Source: Ferruginibacter sp.
GTDB taxonomy: Bacteria; Bacteroidota; Bacteroidia; Chitinophagales; Chitinophagaceae
DNA: 64,000 bases
NCBI GenBank assembly: GCA_031373525.1
Contig: JANMMS010000092.1
Span: forward strand, 4,542 to 68,541
Direction of reading: 5' to 3'
Shown: positions 9,557 through 20,266 of the stretch, piece by piece
How positions within the stretch are numbered: the stretch's first letter is position 1
How the letters are laid out: every line of letters begins with the position of its first letter
Notes under the pieces: model-generated
What the model was told of the DNA's origin: nothing
Databases searched by the model: none
The model's input: only the letters and a program-made list of their open reading frames with translations
Made by a program: the position numbers and the translations under genes

Positions 9557-12040
9557 CTAAAACGGGTAATTAATTCCGATCGTGAAATTAAAATTCTCAT
9601 ATCTCCATTGCCTTTCACTGCGGCTGAATATCTTACTCAGGAAATCATCAAATCCAATATCGGGAGCCTTCCAGCCATCATTAATATAAAACAGGTCAGG
9701 CCTTTTAAACCTGAATCCAAAGTCGAAACGAACTAAAAAATTATTAAAATCGAGCCTGAAGCCGGTGCCTGCAGAAATCCCAAGTTGCTTCCAGGTATTT
9801 TTAAATTTGAACTGTGCACTGTCTTCTGTTCCATCCGTTTTAGTATATTGGAGGTTCCAGATATTTCCGGCATCAATAAAAAGGGCACCCCTTAACGTTA
9901 ATGTATTGGGTATGATTCTGGCAATATCATAACGGTATTCCATATTAAATTCAAGTTGCATATCGCCTGTACGGTCATTGAATAAAACCGATGAATTAAA
10001 TGGAGCCAGGGGTTGCCCGCCAATACCTATTCCTCTTATGGGCCAACCTCGCATACTGTTACTGCCTCCACCCAAAAACTGTTTAAAAAATGGAAGTGTT
10101 CTGTTTGTATCACTGCCAAGTAGTGGAATTCCAACCCCGGTATAAAACCTGAAAGCCAAAGCAGTTTGACGGTAGTTTACAGTATATTTATATTCTCCGT
10201 CAATTTTGATATACCTGCGCAGATATTTTTTCAAAATACCAAGGTTTGCCCAGGTTAAACCTGATTCTTCGACATTAACTTTTATACTTCTTTTTTTGGA
10301 TAAACTATTTAAATGTACCGGGTTATAGTATTCATTATAAAGACCTGCACCCATGCCTATAACATAAGCAGTGTTGAATGAATAACTTAAATATGGATTG
10401 TCTTTCAGAATTGTCTTAAAACTATCCGACTCATCATATAGTTTACTGAACCCGATGTTAAAAGGCCTGATCTCCCATCTGATATTATGTTTATCTAACC
10501 AGTTCCAGCCAAAATTGATACCGGCAGATTGTAGCTTGTAAAGATCAAGCCTGTTATTAAATGATAAATTGGTATTTATAAACGATTGTCCGTTTGGCAG
10601 GCTGATCGAATCTCTGTTTTTCAAAAAAGGGTTATGAAAAAATTTTAAAAGCCCCGGGAATACCAATCTGGGAATGACGATATTATTATTATAGCTCACA
10701 ATATTGGAATTGATCAATTCATTATTTGAGCCAGTGGTATTACTGTTCAATTCTATACCGGCACTGACTTTGTGTGTCATTCTGATGGCTTCTTTTCTTA
10801 CATTTCTGTTTGTAAGGGACAAATTTCCCGATATGCCAAAAAGATTACTACCCAATACGGTACTGCCGGTTGTGCTGGTAGAATAACTTAATTCCAAAGC
10901 AGCTTCAAAACCAAGTTTTTTTGCAGGTATCAGTTCAATGATCAGGTCTATTTTATTACTATCTGGTAATTCAATGAACATGATATTTACACTTTGCCAT
11001 ACTGAAGCTCTTGATAAATTATTTAACGTAGTATAATAATCTTTTTGTTTATACAGTTCACCGCTTTTTAAGGTTATATTTCTTGCTAAAAAACTGTTGC
11101 GGAATAATCGCTCATGATACCTGTGAATAAAATTTCCTGTATTCATTTGTATAATAGAACTTGTATCATTCATTTCGTCACGTATACGAAAATCTGAAAG
11201 CACATAAATTTTATTGATATAGAACTTACTGAGTTTGGTTGTATCTGTAGGTTGATTTAAAGTAATGGCAATTTTAATTTTTGGGGAATCAGCTTTTTGT
11301 TGAGCTTCTGCTAATAACCGCAATTGTTCAAAAGGATCATCACTGATACTGGTTAATGCTTCTATGGTAGTATCGCCCTTTACCCTTAATTCAGCTGCCG
11401 TAAATTTATAATAACCATTATTTCTGAAACTGTCAACAAGCCGGTTGATCTCACCCAGAACAGCATTTTTCGTTATTGGGTCATACCTTTTTAACAATGA
11501 TTTGTCAACTGAGTTTAAAGCTAGCTTCTGCAGGTTTGATTTTCTAAGATTATATCTTACCGTATCAATTAATGTTGGTTTTCCGGCTTCAACAAGGTAA
11601 CGTACGTGCACTTTTCTTTGTAAAGTATCGGCTTTAAAACTCACTTTGGCATTGTAATATCCCAGGTGAAACATGGATGCTTTCATATTATCAGCAGACA
11701 TAGATGAATATGCACTATCATATACCGGTGGTTTTTTTATGATATGAATGATAAAGAACATGTCTTTTGTTCTTACGGTGGAACTATCTTCTAATTGATT
11801 ATTCAGCCTTTGTTTTAAAGTGGTTCTTTCTATATTTGTAAAGTTTCCTCCCTTAACTTCTATGCTGTTCTTCACCAGATAGGGTTTGTCTTTTGGCGCT
11901 TTACGGATTATTGGCTTAAAACAGGAGGAAAACATAAAAATACAAATGATAATACTGCCTGAACGAAAATAAGATCGGGTATCATTCAAGAAAATATTTG
12001 GCATAAAATATCTGGCAATGTTTAACAAATCCACCATCAA
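9557..12040 (-). CDS. Omp85/BamA-family outer membrane protein (POTRA repeats plus surface-antigen beta-barrel)
   Basis: 827 aa with an N-terminal signal/anchor and a C-terminal barrel rich in alternating aromatic strands, ending ...NFNFTIGINYPF (terminal Phe). The start may be the internal Met at 12004. Confidence 0.7.
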   Translation of the reverse strand: MMVDLLNIARYFMPNIFLNDTRSYFRSGSIIICIFMFSSCFKPIIRKAPKDKPYLVKNSIEVKGGNFTNIERTTLKQRLNNQLEDSSTVRTKDMFFIIHIIKKPPVYDSAYSSMSADNMKASMFHLGYYNAKVSFKADTLQRKVHVRYLVEAGKPTLIDTVRYNLRKSNLQKLALNSVDKSLLKRYDPITKNAVLGEINRLVDSFRNNGYYKFTAAELRVKGDTTIEALTSISDDPFEQLRLLAEAQQKADSPKIKIAITLNQPTDTTKLSKFYINKIYVLSDFRIRDEMNDTSSIIQMNTGNFIHRYHERLFRNSFLARNITLKSGELYKQKDYYTTLNNLSRASVWQSVNIMFIELPDSNKIDLIIELIPAKKLGFEAALELSYSTSTTGSTVLGSNLFGISGNLSLTNRNVRKEAIRMTHKVSAGIELNSNTTGSNNELINSNIVSYNNNIVIPRLVFPGLLKFFHNPFLKNRDSISLPNGQSFINTNLSFNNRLDLYKLQSAGINFGWNWLDKHNIRWEIRPFNIGFSKLYDESDSFKTILKDNPYLSYSFNTAYVIGMGAGLYNEYYNPVHLNSLSKKRSIKVNVEESGLTWANLGILKKYLRRYIKIDGEYKYTVNYRQTALAFRFYTGVGIPLLGSDTNRTLPFFKQFLGGGSNSMRGWPIRGIGIGGQPLAPFNSSVLFNDRTGDMQLEFNMEYRYDIARIIPNTLTLRGALFIDAGNIWNLQYTKTDGTEDSAQFKFKNTWKQLGISAGTGFRLDFNNFLVRFDFGFRFKRPDLFYINDGWKAPDIGFDDFLSKIFSRSERQWRYENFNFTIGINYPF

Positions 12041-12764
12041 ATATATTCAAAGTTTACAGCACAAAAAATTCAGAGATGAATACAAGTGTTTTGTAGCTGA
12101 AGGGCCAAAAGTTGTTGAAGGGCTTTTATTTGATGGATCATTCCCGCTTACCGGCATATATGCATTGCAGGAATGGGTTGATGAAATGGATAAAACGCTT
12201 CAGAAATTGTATCATGATAAGATCGAAATTGTTAAAGATTTCGAACTCATAAAAATTGCATCTTATAAAACTGCTAATAAAGTGGTGGCTGTTTTTGAGC
12301 AAAAGTCAATGGTACTGCTGGGTCAGTTCCAAAAAAAGATCACACTGGTATTGGATGACATACAGGATCCCGGAAACCTTGGTACCATAATTCGCACAGC
12401 CGACTGGTTTGGAATTGAAAATATGATTTGTTCATTGAATACCGTTGATATGTATAACAGTAAAGTGGTGCAATCCACAATGGCAAGCCTCGGTAATGTA
12501 AATATCTTCTATACTGACTTACCTCGCTGGTTAAAAGAACAAAAAAATGTAAAAATATTCGTAGCAACACTAGATGGTAAGCCTTTAAATGAATTCAGTA
12601 AAACGCAGGAAGCAATTATCATAATCGGAAATGAATCAAAAGGGGTCAGTGATGTAATCATGAAACTGGCCAATGAAAAGATCACCATACCCAAAAAAGG
12701 GCATGCAGAATCACTCAACGCAGCCGTGGCAACAGGAATTATTCTCTCAAAGTTTATTAATTAA
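12018..12764 (+). CDS. TrmH/SpoU-family RNA 2'-O-methyltransferase
   Basis: Carries the SpoU methylase motifs LVLDDIQDPGNLGTIIRTADWFG, IIIGNESKGVS and ESLNAAVATGIIL. Confidence 0.85.
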   Translation: MFNKSTIKYIQSLQHKKFRDEYKCFVAEGPKVVEGLLFDGSFPLTGIYALQEWVDEMDKTLQKLYHDKIEIVKDFELIKIASYKTANKVVAVFEQKSMVLLGQFQKKITLVLDDIQDPGNLGTIIRTADWFGIENMICSLNTVDMYNSKVVQSTMASLGNVNIFYTDLPRWLKEQKNVKIFVATLDGKPLNEFSKTQEAIIIIGNESKGVSDVIMKLANEKITIPKKGHAESLNAAVATGIILSKFIN

Positions 12765-12858
12765 TGGAGTCTATTGAAAAAAAGGCAACGAATTACATGA
12801 ATAAATCAAATGCTGGTTCTTAATTAGCTTATTTCGTGTTTTAATTCGTGTTATCACT

Positions 12859-14088
12859 TTACCTAAACTGTATTGCTTTAACCGGATTAACTTTCCTGAT
12901 CAATATCGTTGGAATGATCAGTGTGGCAAAACAGGTTACAAGGGTTACAATATCTACCAATACAACCTGCCACCATATTACATCGGCATGGGCTACACTC
13001 ATATAATATGCTTCTTCATTCAGTTTGATAAACCCTGTTTGCTGTTGTAACCAGCATATTCCAAGGCCAAGTATTGTTCCAGCAAGAATTCCAATCACAG
13101 CAATGAAAGTAGTATTGTATAAAAATATTTTCTGAATGTCCCAGTTCCCGGCGCCCAGTGCTTTTAAGATACCTGTCATACGGGTTCTTTCAAGTACCAG
13201 TATGATCAGGCAGGTGATGAGATTAACGGCTGCAACGACCATCATGATCAACAGTAAAATATTCTTAAGCTGGCCCTGCAGGTTCAGCCAGTCAAATATA
13301 TTGGGATAAATTTCTTTAATACTCCTGCTGTACCAGCTTTGAGGTAGTTCAGTGTATATTTTTTTTGAAATACTGTCCGTTTGACTGTAGTCGGATAAAA
13401 AGATCTCATAGCCACCGATCTGGTTCTGCTCCCAGTTATTAAGCCTTCTGATCAGGTTAATATCACAAAGTGCAAATTGCTTGTCATATTCTTCAATACC
13501 CGTTTTAAATATACCAGTAACGATTAGCCGCCTGGCACTTTTACTTCCGTCATCTCTGAAAAAGAATACAAGCATACTGTCAGAAATTGATATGTTTAAT
13601 TGAGAAGCAGTGTAACTGCTGATATTTATTTCATTGCTGTATCCACTGTCTTTGAATGATATCCAATGGCCTGCCTGCAGGAAGGATTGCATCCTTTTAA
13701 AATTAAAACTACTGTCAATGCCTTTCAGTAAAACGCTTTCAATTTCTGCTTCGAATTTTAAGATACCGGATTTAGTAGCATACCGTTCAGCAGAAACCAC
13801 CTGTGGTATTGATAACAGGTAATGTTCTACGGTGTCGTTTCTGTAAATTGGATATTCTTCGGCTATACTAACTTTATTTTCAAGGTCCTGTTGTACTCGG
13901 ATGTGACCCCAAAAACTAAAAACCTTATTACTGATGACTTGTTGAAATCCATTAACAAAACTCAATGCAACGATCATAACAGCCACACTTAAGGCAGTTG
14001 CACTGATTGCAAGTCTTATAATAAAACGTGAAAATGTTTTTTGCTTAAACGAGGCAATACGCTTTGCTATAAATATTGATACATTCAA
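12859..14088 (-). CDS. FtsX-like ABC transporter permease (LolC/E-like)
   Basis: 409 aa: N-terminal TM helix, a large periplasmic MacB-like domain, and C-terminal FtsX helices ([23 protein letters not shown]). Confidence 0.8.
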   Translation of the reverse strand: MNVSIFIAKRIASFKQKTFSRFIIRLAISATALSVAVMIVALSFVNGFQQVISNKVFSFWGHIRVQQDLENKVSIAEEYPIYRNDTVEHYLLSIPQVVSAERYATKSGILKFEAEIESVLLKGIDSSFNFKRMQSFLQAGHWISFKDSGYSNEINISSYTASQLNISISDSMLVFFFRDDGSKSARRLIVTGIFKTGIEEYDKQFALCDINLIRRLNNWEQNQIGGYEIFLSDYSQTDSISKKIYTELPQSWYSRSIKEIYPNIFDWLNLQGQLKNILLLIMMVVAAVNLITCLIILVLERTRMTGILKALGAGNWDIQKIFLYNTTFIAVIGILAGTILGLGICWLQQQTGFIKLNEEAYYMSVAHADVIWWQVVLVDIVTLVTCFATLIIPTILIRKVNPVKAIQFR

Positions 14089-14136
14089 ACGAACTATTTT
14101 TGCTATCTTTCAAAAGTAAATTAATTAAGCTATTAA

Positions 14137-15429
14137 ATGAACTTCAAAATTTTTCGATGGAGCATTATTTTATTTATTTGCTCTTTAATTGCTGTTAATT
14201 CTATTGCCCAGAATGTTGAAAAAATATACAAACCTTTTATTAGAACTGCTCAGTTGTTTATGTATGGTAACCAACAATCTCTGCCGGTATGTGCTTTAAA
14301 CAGTGCCGATAGGCTTCAACTTGAATTTGATGATATGGATGGCGGTATTAAAAGTTATTATTACACTTTTGTATTATGTGATTATAACTGGAACCCTGTA
14401 AACCTGAGTCCATTTGATTATTTAAAGGGGTTTACTCAAAACCGCATTACCACTTATCGTTACTCATCTCTTGCACTTACCCGTTACACCCATTACCAGG
14501 CTTTTTTGCCAGATAGAAATTCGTTACCTACCCGTTCCGGAAATTATTTGCTGAAAGTTTTTCTCGATGGTGATACATCCAAACTTGCATTTACGAAACA
14601 AATGCTGGTATTTGAACAGAAAGCAGGAATAAATGGTTCAGTTGTGCAGCCATTCTCTGTACAGTTATTTAAAACACATCAGAAGATCAGAATGTTTATA
14701 AATATCGCCGGACTCAACACTTTCAGTGCAGCACAGCAGGTAAAAGTTGTTATCCTTCAAAACAATCGTTGGGATGTTTCACAGAGAGATATCCCGCCAA
14801 CATTTGTTCGGGGAAATATGCTCGAGTTTAATACGGAAGACCGGGGGATCTTTCCTGCAGGTAAGGAATGGCGATGGCTTGATCTCAGAAGTTTCAGCCT
14901 GCAAAGCGACAGGGTAGATAGTGCGAAATATTACAAATACAGAACAGATATGTATCTTAAAACCGATATAGACCGTACCGCTCATCGGTATCTGTATTTC
15001 CCTGATTTCAATGGGATTTTTAATATCGTCACTTACGAAAGTGTAAATCCATTCTGGCAGGGAGATTATGCAACAGTGCATTTTACTTTCGCAACACCTG
15101 ATGGCGAGCCTTATTTTAAAAAAAATATTTTCCTTGCCGGAAGTATGACAGGTTATCAGCTTACTGATGAATGGAAAATGAATTTTAATGAAAATACCCG
15201 CAAATATGAATGCAATGCATTTTTAAAACAAGGGTATTATAACTATACTTACATCACAGTAGATGATAATTACCCATCTGTGAAAACTGAACTGGAAGGA
15301 AATTATTGGGAAACCGAAAATAGTTATACGATCCTGGTTTATTACAAATCTTTTACCGACCGCAGCGATCAGTTGATCGGTGTCAGCAGTATCAATTCAC
15401 GCAATGACAGGCCCGGGTTTAGTTTTTAA
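14137..15429 (+). CDS. DUF5103 / type IX secretion plug-like protein
   Basis: Signal peptide followed by IRTAQLFMYGNQQSLPVCALNSADRLQLEFDDMDGGIKSYYYTFVLCDYNWNP...SGNYLLKVF. This matches my recollection of the DUF5103 (T9SS plug first-domain) pattern; the family call is from memory. Confidence 0.55.
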   Translation: MNFKIFRWSIILFICSLIAVNSIAQNVEKIYKPFIRTAQLFMYGNQQSLPVCALNSADRLQLEFDDMDGGIKSYYYTFVLCDYNWNPVNLSPFDYLKGFTQNRITTYRYSSLALTRYTHYQAFLPDRNSLPTRSGNYLLKVFLDGDTSKLAFTKQMLVFEQKAGINGSVVQPFSVQLFKTHQKIRMFINIAGLNTFSAAQQVKVVILQNNRWDVSQRDIPPTFVRGNMLEFNTEDRGIFPAGKEWRWLDLRSFSLQSDRVDSAKYYKYRTDMYLKTDIDRTAHRYLYFPDFNGIFNIVTYESVNPFWQGDYATVHFTFATPDGEPYFKKNIFLAGSMTGYQLTDEWKMNFNENTRKYECNAFLKQGYYNYTYITVDDNYPSVKTELEGNYWETENSYTILVYYKSFTDRSDQLIGVSSINSRNDRPGFSF

Positions 15430-15550
15430 TTAATTTGATCATTTGAAAATGTGCCAATTTGAGCATGAAGTTTCCAGCTAATTGAAATTTATTTCATTTT
15501 CTCCCGTCTTATGCGGAATCAAATTGAATCATTTCCAAATTAGTCCCCTA

Positions 15551-15558
15551 TATTTGCA
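15551..15558 (+). promoter_or_regulatory. Bacteroidota -7 promoter box TAnnTTTG for the SRP RNA
   Basis: TATATTTG lies 3 nt upstream of the predicted ffs 5' end. Confidence 0.5.
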
Positions 15559-15560
15559 CC

Positions 15561-15654
15561 GGCAAGTCTTATACGGCCAGCTCCTGTTGAACTCCCCCAG
15601 GACCGGAAGGTAGCAAGGGTAGATGGTTGAGCGGTGCGATATAAGTAACTTGCC
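15561..15654 (+). ncRNA. ffs: Signal recognition particle RNA (small bacterial 4.5S type)
   Basis: Contains the conserved domain IV core CCCAGGACCGGAAGGTAGCAAGGGTAG (GGAA tetraloop, AGCA). The terminal helix pairs ggcaagt with acttgcc, a T-run follows, and there is no ORF. Confidence 0.85.
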
Positions 15655-15769
15655 ATTTTTTATTTCCCCTGTTAAGAAGTTTTTCATAAATATCCACGGT
15701 TTATTTGATTGGCTTGTATCTTTGCGCCGTAAAAATCATACATCATAAACCATATATCATAGATAAATT

Positions 15770-16423
15770 ATGAAATTCTTCATCGATACAGCAAATCTTG
15801 CACAGATCAAAGAAGCCAATGAGTTAGGAATACTGGATGGTGTTACTACCAATCCATCACTTATGGCAAAAGAAGGTATTAAAGGTCAGGATGCTGTAAT
15901 GCAGCATTATAAAACCATCTGCGAAATGGTGGATGGTGATATCAGTGCCGAAGTGATCTCAACAGATTTTGATGGCATCATTGCAGAAGGTAAAAAATTA
16001 GTAACCATCCATAAGAACATTGTTGTAAAAGTTCCAATGATCAAAGAAGGCGTTAAAGCGATCAAATGGTTTACGGAAAACGGTATCCGGACAAACTGTA
16101 CACTGGTATTTTCAGCAGGACAAGCTATATTGGCAGCAAAGGCTGGGGCTGCTTACGTTTCGCCCTTTATTGGCCGTATAGATGACAGTGGTTGGGATGG
16201 AATGGATCTTATTTACCAATTAAGACAGATATTCGATATACAGGGATATAAAACAGAAATTTTAGCAGCTTCTATCCGCAATCCAAATCATATCATCAAA
16301 TGCGCAGAAGCAGGTGCTGATGTTTGTACCTGTCCTTTGGATTCTATTCTTGGTTTGCTGAAACATCCGCTGACTGATATTGGCCTTGCCAAATTCCTGG
16401 AAGATGCAAAGAAGTTTGCATGA
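15770..16423 (+). CDS. fsa: Fructose-6-phosphate aldolase / transaldolase type 3B
   Basis: [36 protein letters not shown] and the Schiff-base Lys region VVKVPM. 217 aa. Confidence 0.9.
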   Translation: MKFFIDTANLAQIKEANELGILDGVTTNPSLMAKEGIKGQDAVMQHYKTICEMVDGDISAEVISTDFDGIIAEGKKLVTIHKNIVVKVPMIKEGVKAIKWFTENGIRTNCTLVFSAGQAILAAKAGAAYVSPFIGRIDDSGWDGMDLIYQLRQIFDIQGYKTEILAASIRNPNHIIKCAEAGADVCTCPLDSILGLLKHPLTDIGLAKFLEDAKKFA

Positions 16424-16476
16424 TCTGAATTAATTTTTTAATAATATCAATAGGTCAAATCATTTGACATGCAATT

Positions 16477-16506
16477 AAAAAGCTGAACAATTAGGTTCAG
16501 CTTTTT
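16477..16506. terminator. Bidirectional rho-independent terminator
   Basis: aaaa-agctgaac-aattag-gttcagct-tttt: an 8-bp perfect stem flanked by A and T runs, between convergent genes. Confidence 0.8.
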
Positions 16507-16542
16507 AATAAAGATATTTTCCAGTATCCAGCATCCTTCCTC

Positions 16543-16947
16543 TTACCCCTTCTTTCTTTTCTTCATATCCTCCATAAGTTCCTCTTTCGTCTGAAGTTTA
16601 CCATCTTCTTTTTTCTTAATATACATCACAAATTCCTTGAACAGTGCAGGGTTTTTTCTCAGGATAACTTTTATATTCACTTTTTCCTCTGTACATTCTT
16701 TATCGATCAACAAACTATTACCATAGAATTTTCCATAAGAACTACTGAATAGGATCTGTGTACTGTCAAGTGGAAGGAATTTACCATTTGATAATTTACC
16801 GTCAATATTGATATAATTATAAGTTCCTTTTTTTAAACTGTCCGTATAAAGATTTACATAGATGCTTTCGATTTTCTGTGCCCCGGCAGACGAAAAAACA
16901 AAAAGAAAAATGAATAGTAAATATTTTTTCAATAGGCTCATTCGCAA
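16543..16947 (-). CDS. Small secreted protein of unknown function
   Basis: 134 aa with a signal peptide (MRMSLLKKYLLFIFLFVFSSAGAQ) and a Lys/Glu-rich tail. No family recognised. Confidence 0.5.
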   Translation of the reverse strand: MRMSLLKKYLLFIFLFVFSSAGAQKIESIYVNLYTDSLKKGTYNYINIDGKLSNGKFLPLDSTQILFSSSYGKFYGNSLLIDKECTEEKVNIKVILRKNPALFKEFVMYIKKKEDGKLQTKEELMEDMKKRKKG

Positions 16948-17032
16948 ATATTCTTTTATTTGATGATATGCTTGGTTAAAACAATCTTAAATAGTAATAA
17001 TTATGTATACCAATACTGTAACTAATATGGAT

Positions 17033-17096
17033 AATCTCATCTTCAAATCTTCTCATCTTCTCATCTTCAAATCTTCTCATCTTCAAATCTTCAAAT
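17033..17096. repeat. Tandem 8-bp array mixing cttcaaat and cttctcat units
   Basis: Read directly: (at)ctcat, cttcaaat, cttctcat x2, cttcaaat, cttctcat, cttcaaat x2. Same unit as the array at 2061-2164. Confidence 0.9.
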
Positions 17097-17105
17097 CAAA
17101 TTATC

Positions 17106-19499
17106 CTATTTCCCATTCTTTACATACTTATTCAGCCATTCATTCATTTCCCAAAGCATGTGAAGTATGTTTTCTTTTGCGGCATATCCATGAGATTCAA
17201 ATGGTAACTGTACAAACCTTACTGTTCCCCCATGTCCTTTAATGGCATTGTAAAGTCTTTCACTTTGTATGGGAAAAGTGCCCGGGTTGTTATCGGCTTC
17301 TCCATGAATCATCAGCAAAGGTGTTTTTATCTTATTAGCAAAACTAAAAGGACTCATATTAAAATATACTTCTGGTGCCTGCCAGTAAGTACGTTCTTCA
17401 TTCTGAAAACCAAATGGAGTAAGGGTTCTGTTGTATGCCCCGCTACGTGCAATACCTGCTTTGAATAAACCGGTATGAGCCAATAAATTTGTGGTCATGA
17501 ATGCACCATAGCTATGACCGCCCACAGCAATTCGATTCCGGTCCCCAATACCCATCGCTGCAATTTTATCAATAGCTGCTTCGGCATTCCAGGTAAGTTG
17601 GTCAATAAAATTATCATTGGGTTGTTTATCTCCTTCGCCAACAATAGGGTATTCTGTATTATCCATCACCGCATAACCCTGCGTTACCCAAAAAATAGCG
17701 GAACCATAACCTACACGGGTAAATGTATTTGTACTTCCCCGGATCTGTGCAGCATCTGCAGCACTCTTGAATTCACGCGGGTATGCCCACATGAAAACGG
17801 GGAGCGGGCCGTCTTTTACTGCATCATATCCTTTCGGAAGGTAAAGATCTGCGGCAAGGTCTACACCGTCTTTGCGTTTATAAGTGATCTTTTGTTTCGT
17901 TACTCCACGAAGTCCGGGTTGAGGATCCGGGAAATTTGTAACGGGTTTAACCGCATTATTTTTCAGGTCATGAAGGTAATAGTTTGGTTGTTCTGCCTGG
18001 CTTTGCCGGTTGGTAATTAACAACAACTTATCAAAATCCAACACTGTTGTTACCGTTTCATAATACGGATCCGTGCAGCGCCATAAAATATCCTGTTGTT
18101 TTGTCACAAGGTCAAAACTTGATAAAAATGGCATATCGCCTTTTGGGGTAGACCCTACACTTCGCATAAGCATTTTTGTGCCATTTACGAGCCGGATACT
18201 GTTTTTGCCAAACTTATTCTTATCCATTACTGCTGTACCGGGATCGCTATAAGCATCATCTGTACTGCGATCGATGATAACTTCCATAACACCACTTGCA
18301 GGATTGAGCTTACTTGTTTTTGTGCGGTGTTTTACCCGGCTGTTTTCGGTTATAAGATAAATGTCGTTATTTATATCTCCAACAGACGACATACGCATTG
18401 TAGTCTTAACTAACTGAGTGGCTGAACCGTTGAAAGGTGCAGTTAATGCAAATGCTGCATCATGATATTCAACATTTTTTTTAATGAGGCCGCTGTCAAG
18501 CGGTTCTATCCATGTTAAAGTGGCTGATTGATTATTTAACCATTGATGTGCACGTGGGGCATTTAAAACATTATCGTATCCGCTTGGTGCCAATTCAGAA
18601 CTTGGTAGTTTAGCGATCTCTTTTATTATTTTACCATTCATATCTGTAACATAAATGGTTGAATTGAAACCGCCCGCAGGAACAAGATATGAATAAGGTT
18701 TATCGATCCTTTTTACAAGTAAATATTTGGTATCAGGAGAAATAGAGATATCGCTGTAAATAACAGGAGTGCCGATCTTTGTTTCCATTCCATTCGTATT
18801 CCTTACTAATTGAGAAGTTGCAAAAAATTCATATTGTGCTTCATCATTGGGCGATTTTATAAGGTCCTGGTATGTAACACTCGCTGCAACTTTTCCAAGA
18901 TTCTGTTGCACTACAGGCCCTTTTGGTGCCAATGGTTTTACCGGCGCCATCGTGTAAGGTTTTACAATAGTTTGATACATTAATGAATTGTTACTCATCC
19001 AGTCAAAACTGCCATTGATCAGATTTAGTGGTAATTTATTGATCATGGCAGCTTTTTTTTGTTCTACATCTATTACATACAGATCAATAGCATGATCTGA
19101 AGTATGGGTAAAAGCAATCTTATTTTCATCCGGGCTCCATTGAACATTCCCTGCTTTCAATTTTTTTGGTAAACCGGTAATAGAAGATTCTACGCCTGTT
19201 TTAATATTCTTTAAAATGAGATTGATGATATAAGGCGTCCGGCTCATCCCGAAATTATTCGGATTGATACGCAGACCTGCAATCCTTAACTCCGGCTGCG
19301 CAAGTTCTTCAACCGAAGGCATACTGCTACGCTCCATGATGAGCATCCATTCACCTTTATGATCAAAACTTACTGAAGGCGTTGGCTTTGCCATAACCAG
19401 GTCGTAAATAGCTGTTGGCGGCACTTTATATTCAATGGCATCCTGTGCATATAAACAGGTACATGTATATGACAATAAAAAAAATAACATTTTTCGCAT
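17106..19499 (-). CDS. S9-family serine peptidase (prolyl oligopeptidase / DPP-like) with an N-terminal beta-propeller
   Basis: 797 aa with a signal peptide. The catalytic region is GGHSYGAFMT (GxSxG), with downstream ...MIHGEADNNPG... and ...ESHGY... for the Asp/His triad. Confidence 0.85.
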   Translation of the reverse strand: MRKMLFFLLSYTCTCLYAQDAIEYKVPPTAIYDLVMAKPTPSVSFDHKGEWMLIMERSSMPSVEELAQPELRIAGLRINPNNFGMSRTPYIINLILKNIKTGVESSITGLPKKLKAGNVQWSPDENKIAFTHTSDHAIDLYVIDVEQKKAAMINKLPLNLINGSFDWMSNNSLMYQTIVKPYTMAPVKPLAPKGPVVQQNLGKVAASVTYQDLIKSPNDEAQYEFFATSQLVRNTNGMETKIGTPVIYSDISISPDTKYLLVKRIDKPYSYLVPAGGFNSTIYVTDMNGKIIKEIAKLPSSELAPSGYDNVLNAPRAHQWLNNQSATLTWIEPLDSGLIKKNVEYHDAAFALTAPFNGSATQLVKTTMRMSSVGDINNDIYLITENSRVKHRTKTSKLNPASGVMEVIIDRSTDDAYSDPGTAVMDKNKFGKNSIRLVNGTKMLMRSVGSTPKGDMPFLSSFDLVTKQQDILWRCTDPYYETVTTVLDFDKLLLITNRQSQAEQPNYYLHDLKNNAVKPVTNFPDPQPGLRGVTKQKITYKRKDGVDLAADLYLPKGYDAVKDGPLPVFMWAYPREFKSAADAAQIRGSTNTFTRVGYGSAIFWVTQGYAVMDNTEYPIVGEGDKQPNDNFIDQLTWNAEAAIDKIAAMGIGDRNRIAVGGHSYGAFMTTNLLAHTGLFKAGIARSGAYNRTLTPFGFQNEERTYWQAPEVYFNMSPFSFANKIKTPLLMIHGEADNNPGTFPIQSERLYNAIKGHGGTVRFVQLPFESHGYAAKENILHMLWEMNEWLNKYVKNGK

Positions 19500-19599
19500 A
19501 ATAATTATTTAATTTTTTCCAATAAATGTAACAAGATATAATAATTTAACCGGCGGTAATGGTCTATTAAACATGTTCAGTTTTTTTATTAATGAATGA

Positions 19600-20229
19600 C
19601 TAATTTGAAATTCCAACGCGTTGTTTTATATATTCATTTTTTGTAAGCTCATTGATCATGAACATCGAAAGATCACCTGCATTTATTTTCATGGTATTGG
19701 GAACAGGAGGATAGGTTGCTGATGTATGATAAGAACCTGTTACATCTGCATTAATAATATCCGGAGGACAAACAAATGTCCAATCCAAAGCAGATTTTTT
19801 TAAATGTTCATAAGCCTTATAATGTTCTTTTCCAACCGGTAAAAATTGAACCGGATAATCCGGAGAATTCATGATCAACTCATCATTTGCATCATTTAAT
19901 ACGCCCAATCCACCAACTGCTATGATCCTTTTTACAGAAGTTTTTTGCATTTGTGCAACAATATTTTTCATTCCCAGCGAACGGGTTTGATCTTTACCGT
20001 CAAATGCACCTCCCAGAACAGAAAGTACCGCCTCACTGCCTTCTATTGCATTCAAAACCTGTTCTTCATCAAATAATGCTCCTTGTAACAATTGTAAATG
20101 GTCGTCTTCAGTAAAATTTGATGTAAAAACATTTCTACCAAATGCTTTTACGAAATACCCTTTATATAAAGCTTGTTTTACCAATTGTTTACCAACCATG
20201 CCGGTTGCACCAAAAATTGTAATGATCAT
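19600..20229 (-). CDS. NAD(P)H-binding, atypical SDR/NmrA-like oxidoreductase
   Basis: N-terminal Rossmann motif MIITIFGATGMVGKQLV. 209 aa. Confidence 0.75.
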   Translation of the reverse strand: MIITIFGATGMVGKQLVKQALYKGYFVKAFGRNVFTSNFTEDDHLQLLQGALFDEEQVLNAIEGSEAVLSVLGGAFDGKDQTRSLGMKNIVAQMQKTSVKRIIAVGGLGVLNDANDELIMNSPDYPVQFLPVGKEHYKAYEHLKKSALDWTFVCPPDIINADVTGSYHTSATYPPVPNTMKINAGDLSMFMINELTKNEYIKQRVGISN

Positions 20230-20266
20230 AATTCAATGTATAATGTATAATGAAAATATATTTTAT

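Noticed and set aside
9506-9736. 76-aa plus-strand ORF after truB.
   Set aside because: It starts inside the repeat hairpin and overlaps the C-terminal beta-barrel coding region of the Omp85 gene on the opposite strand.
17003-17242. 79-aa plus-strand ORF with repeated HLLIFKSS.
   Set aside because: It is simply the translation of the 8-bp tandem array. It also overlaps the 3' end of the well-supported S9 peptidase gene on the other strand.
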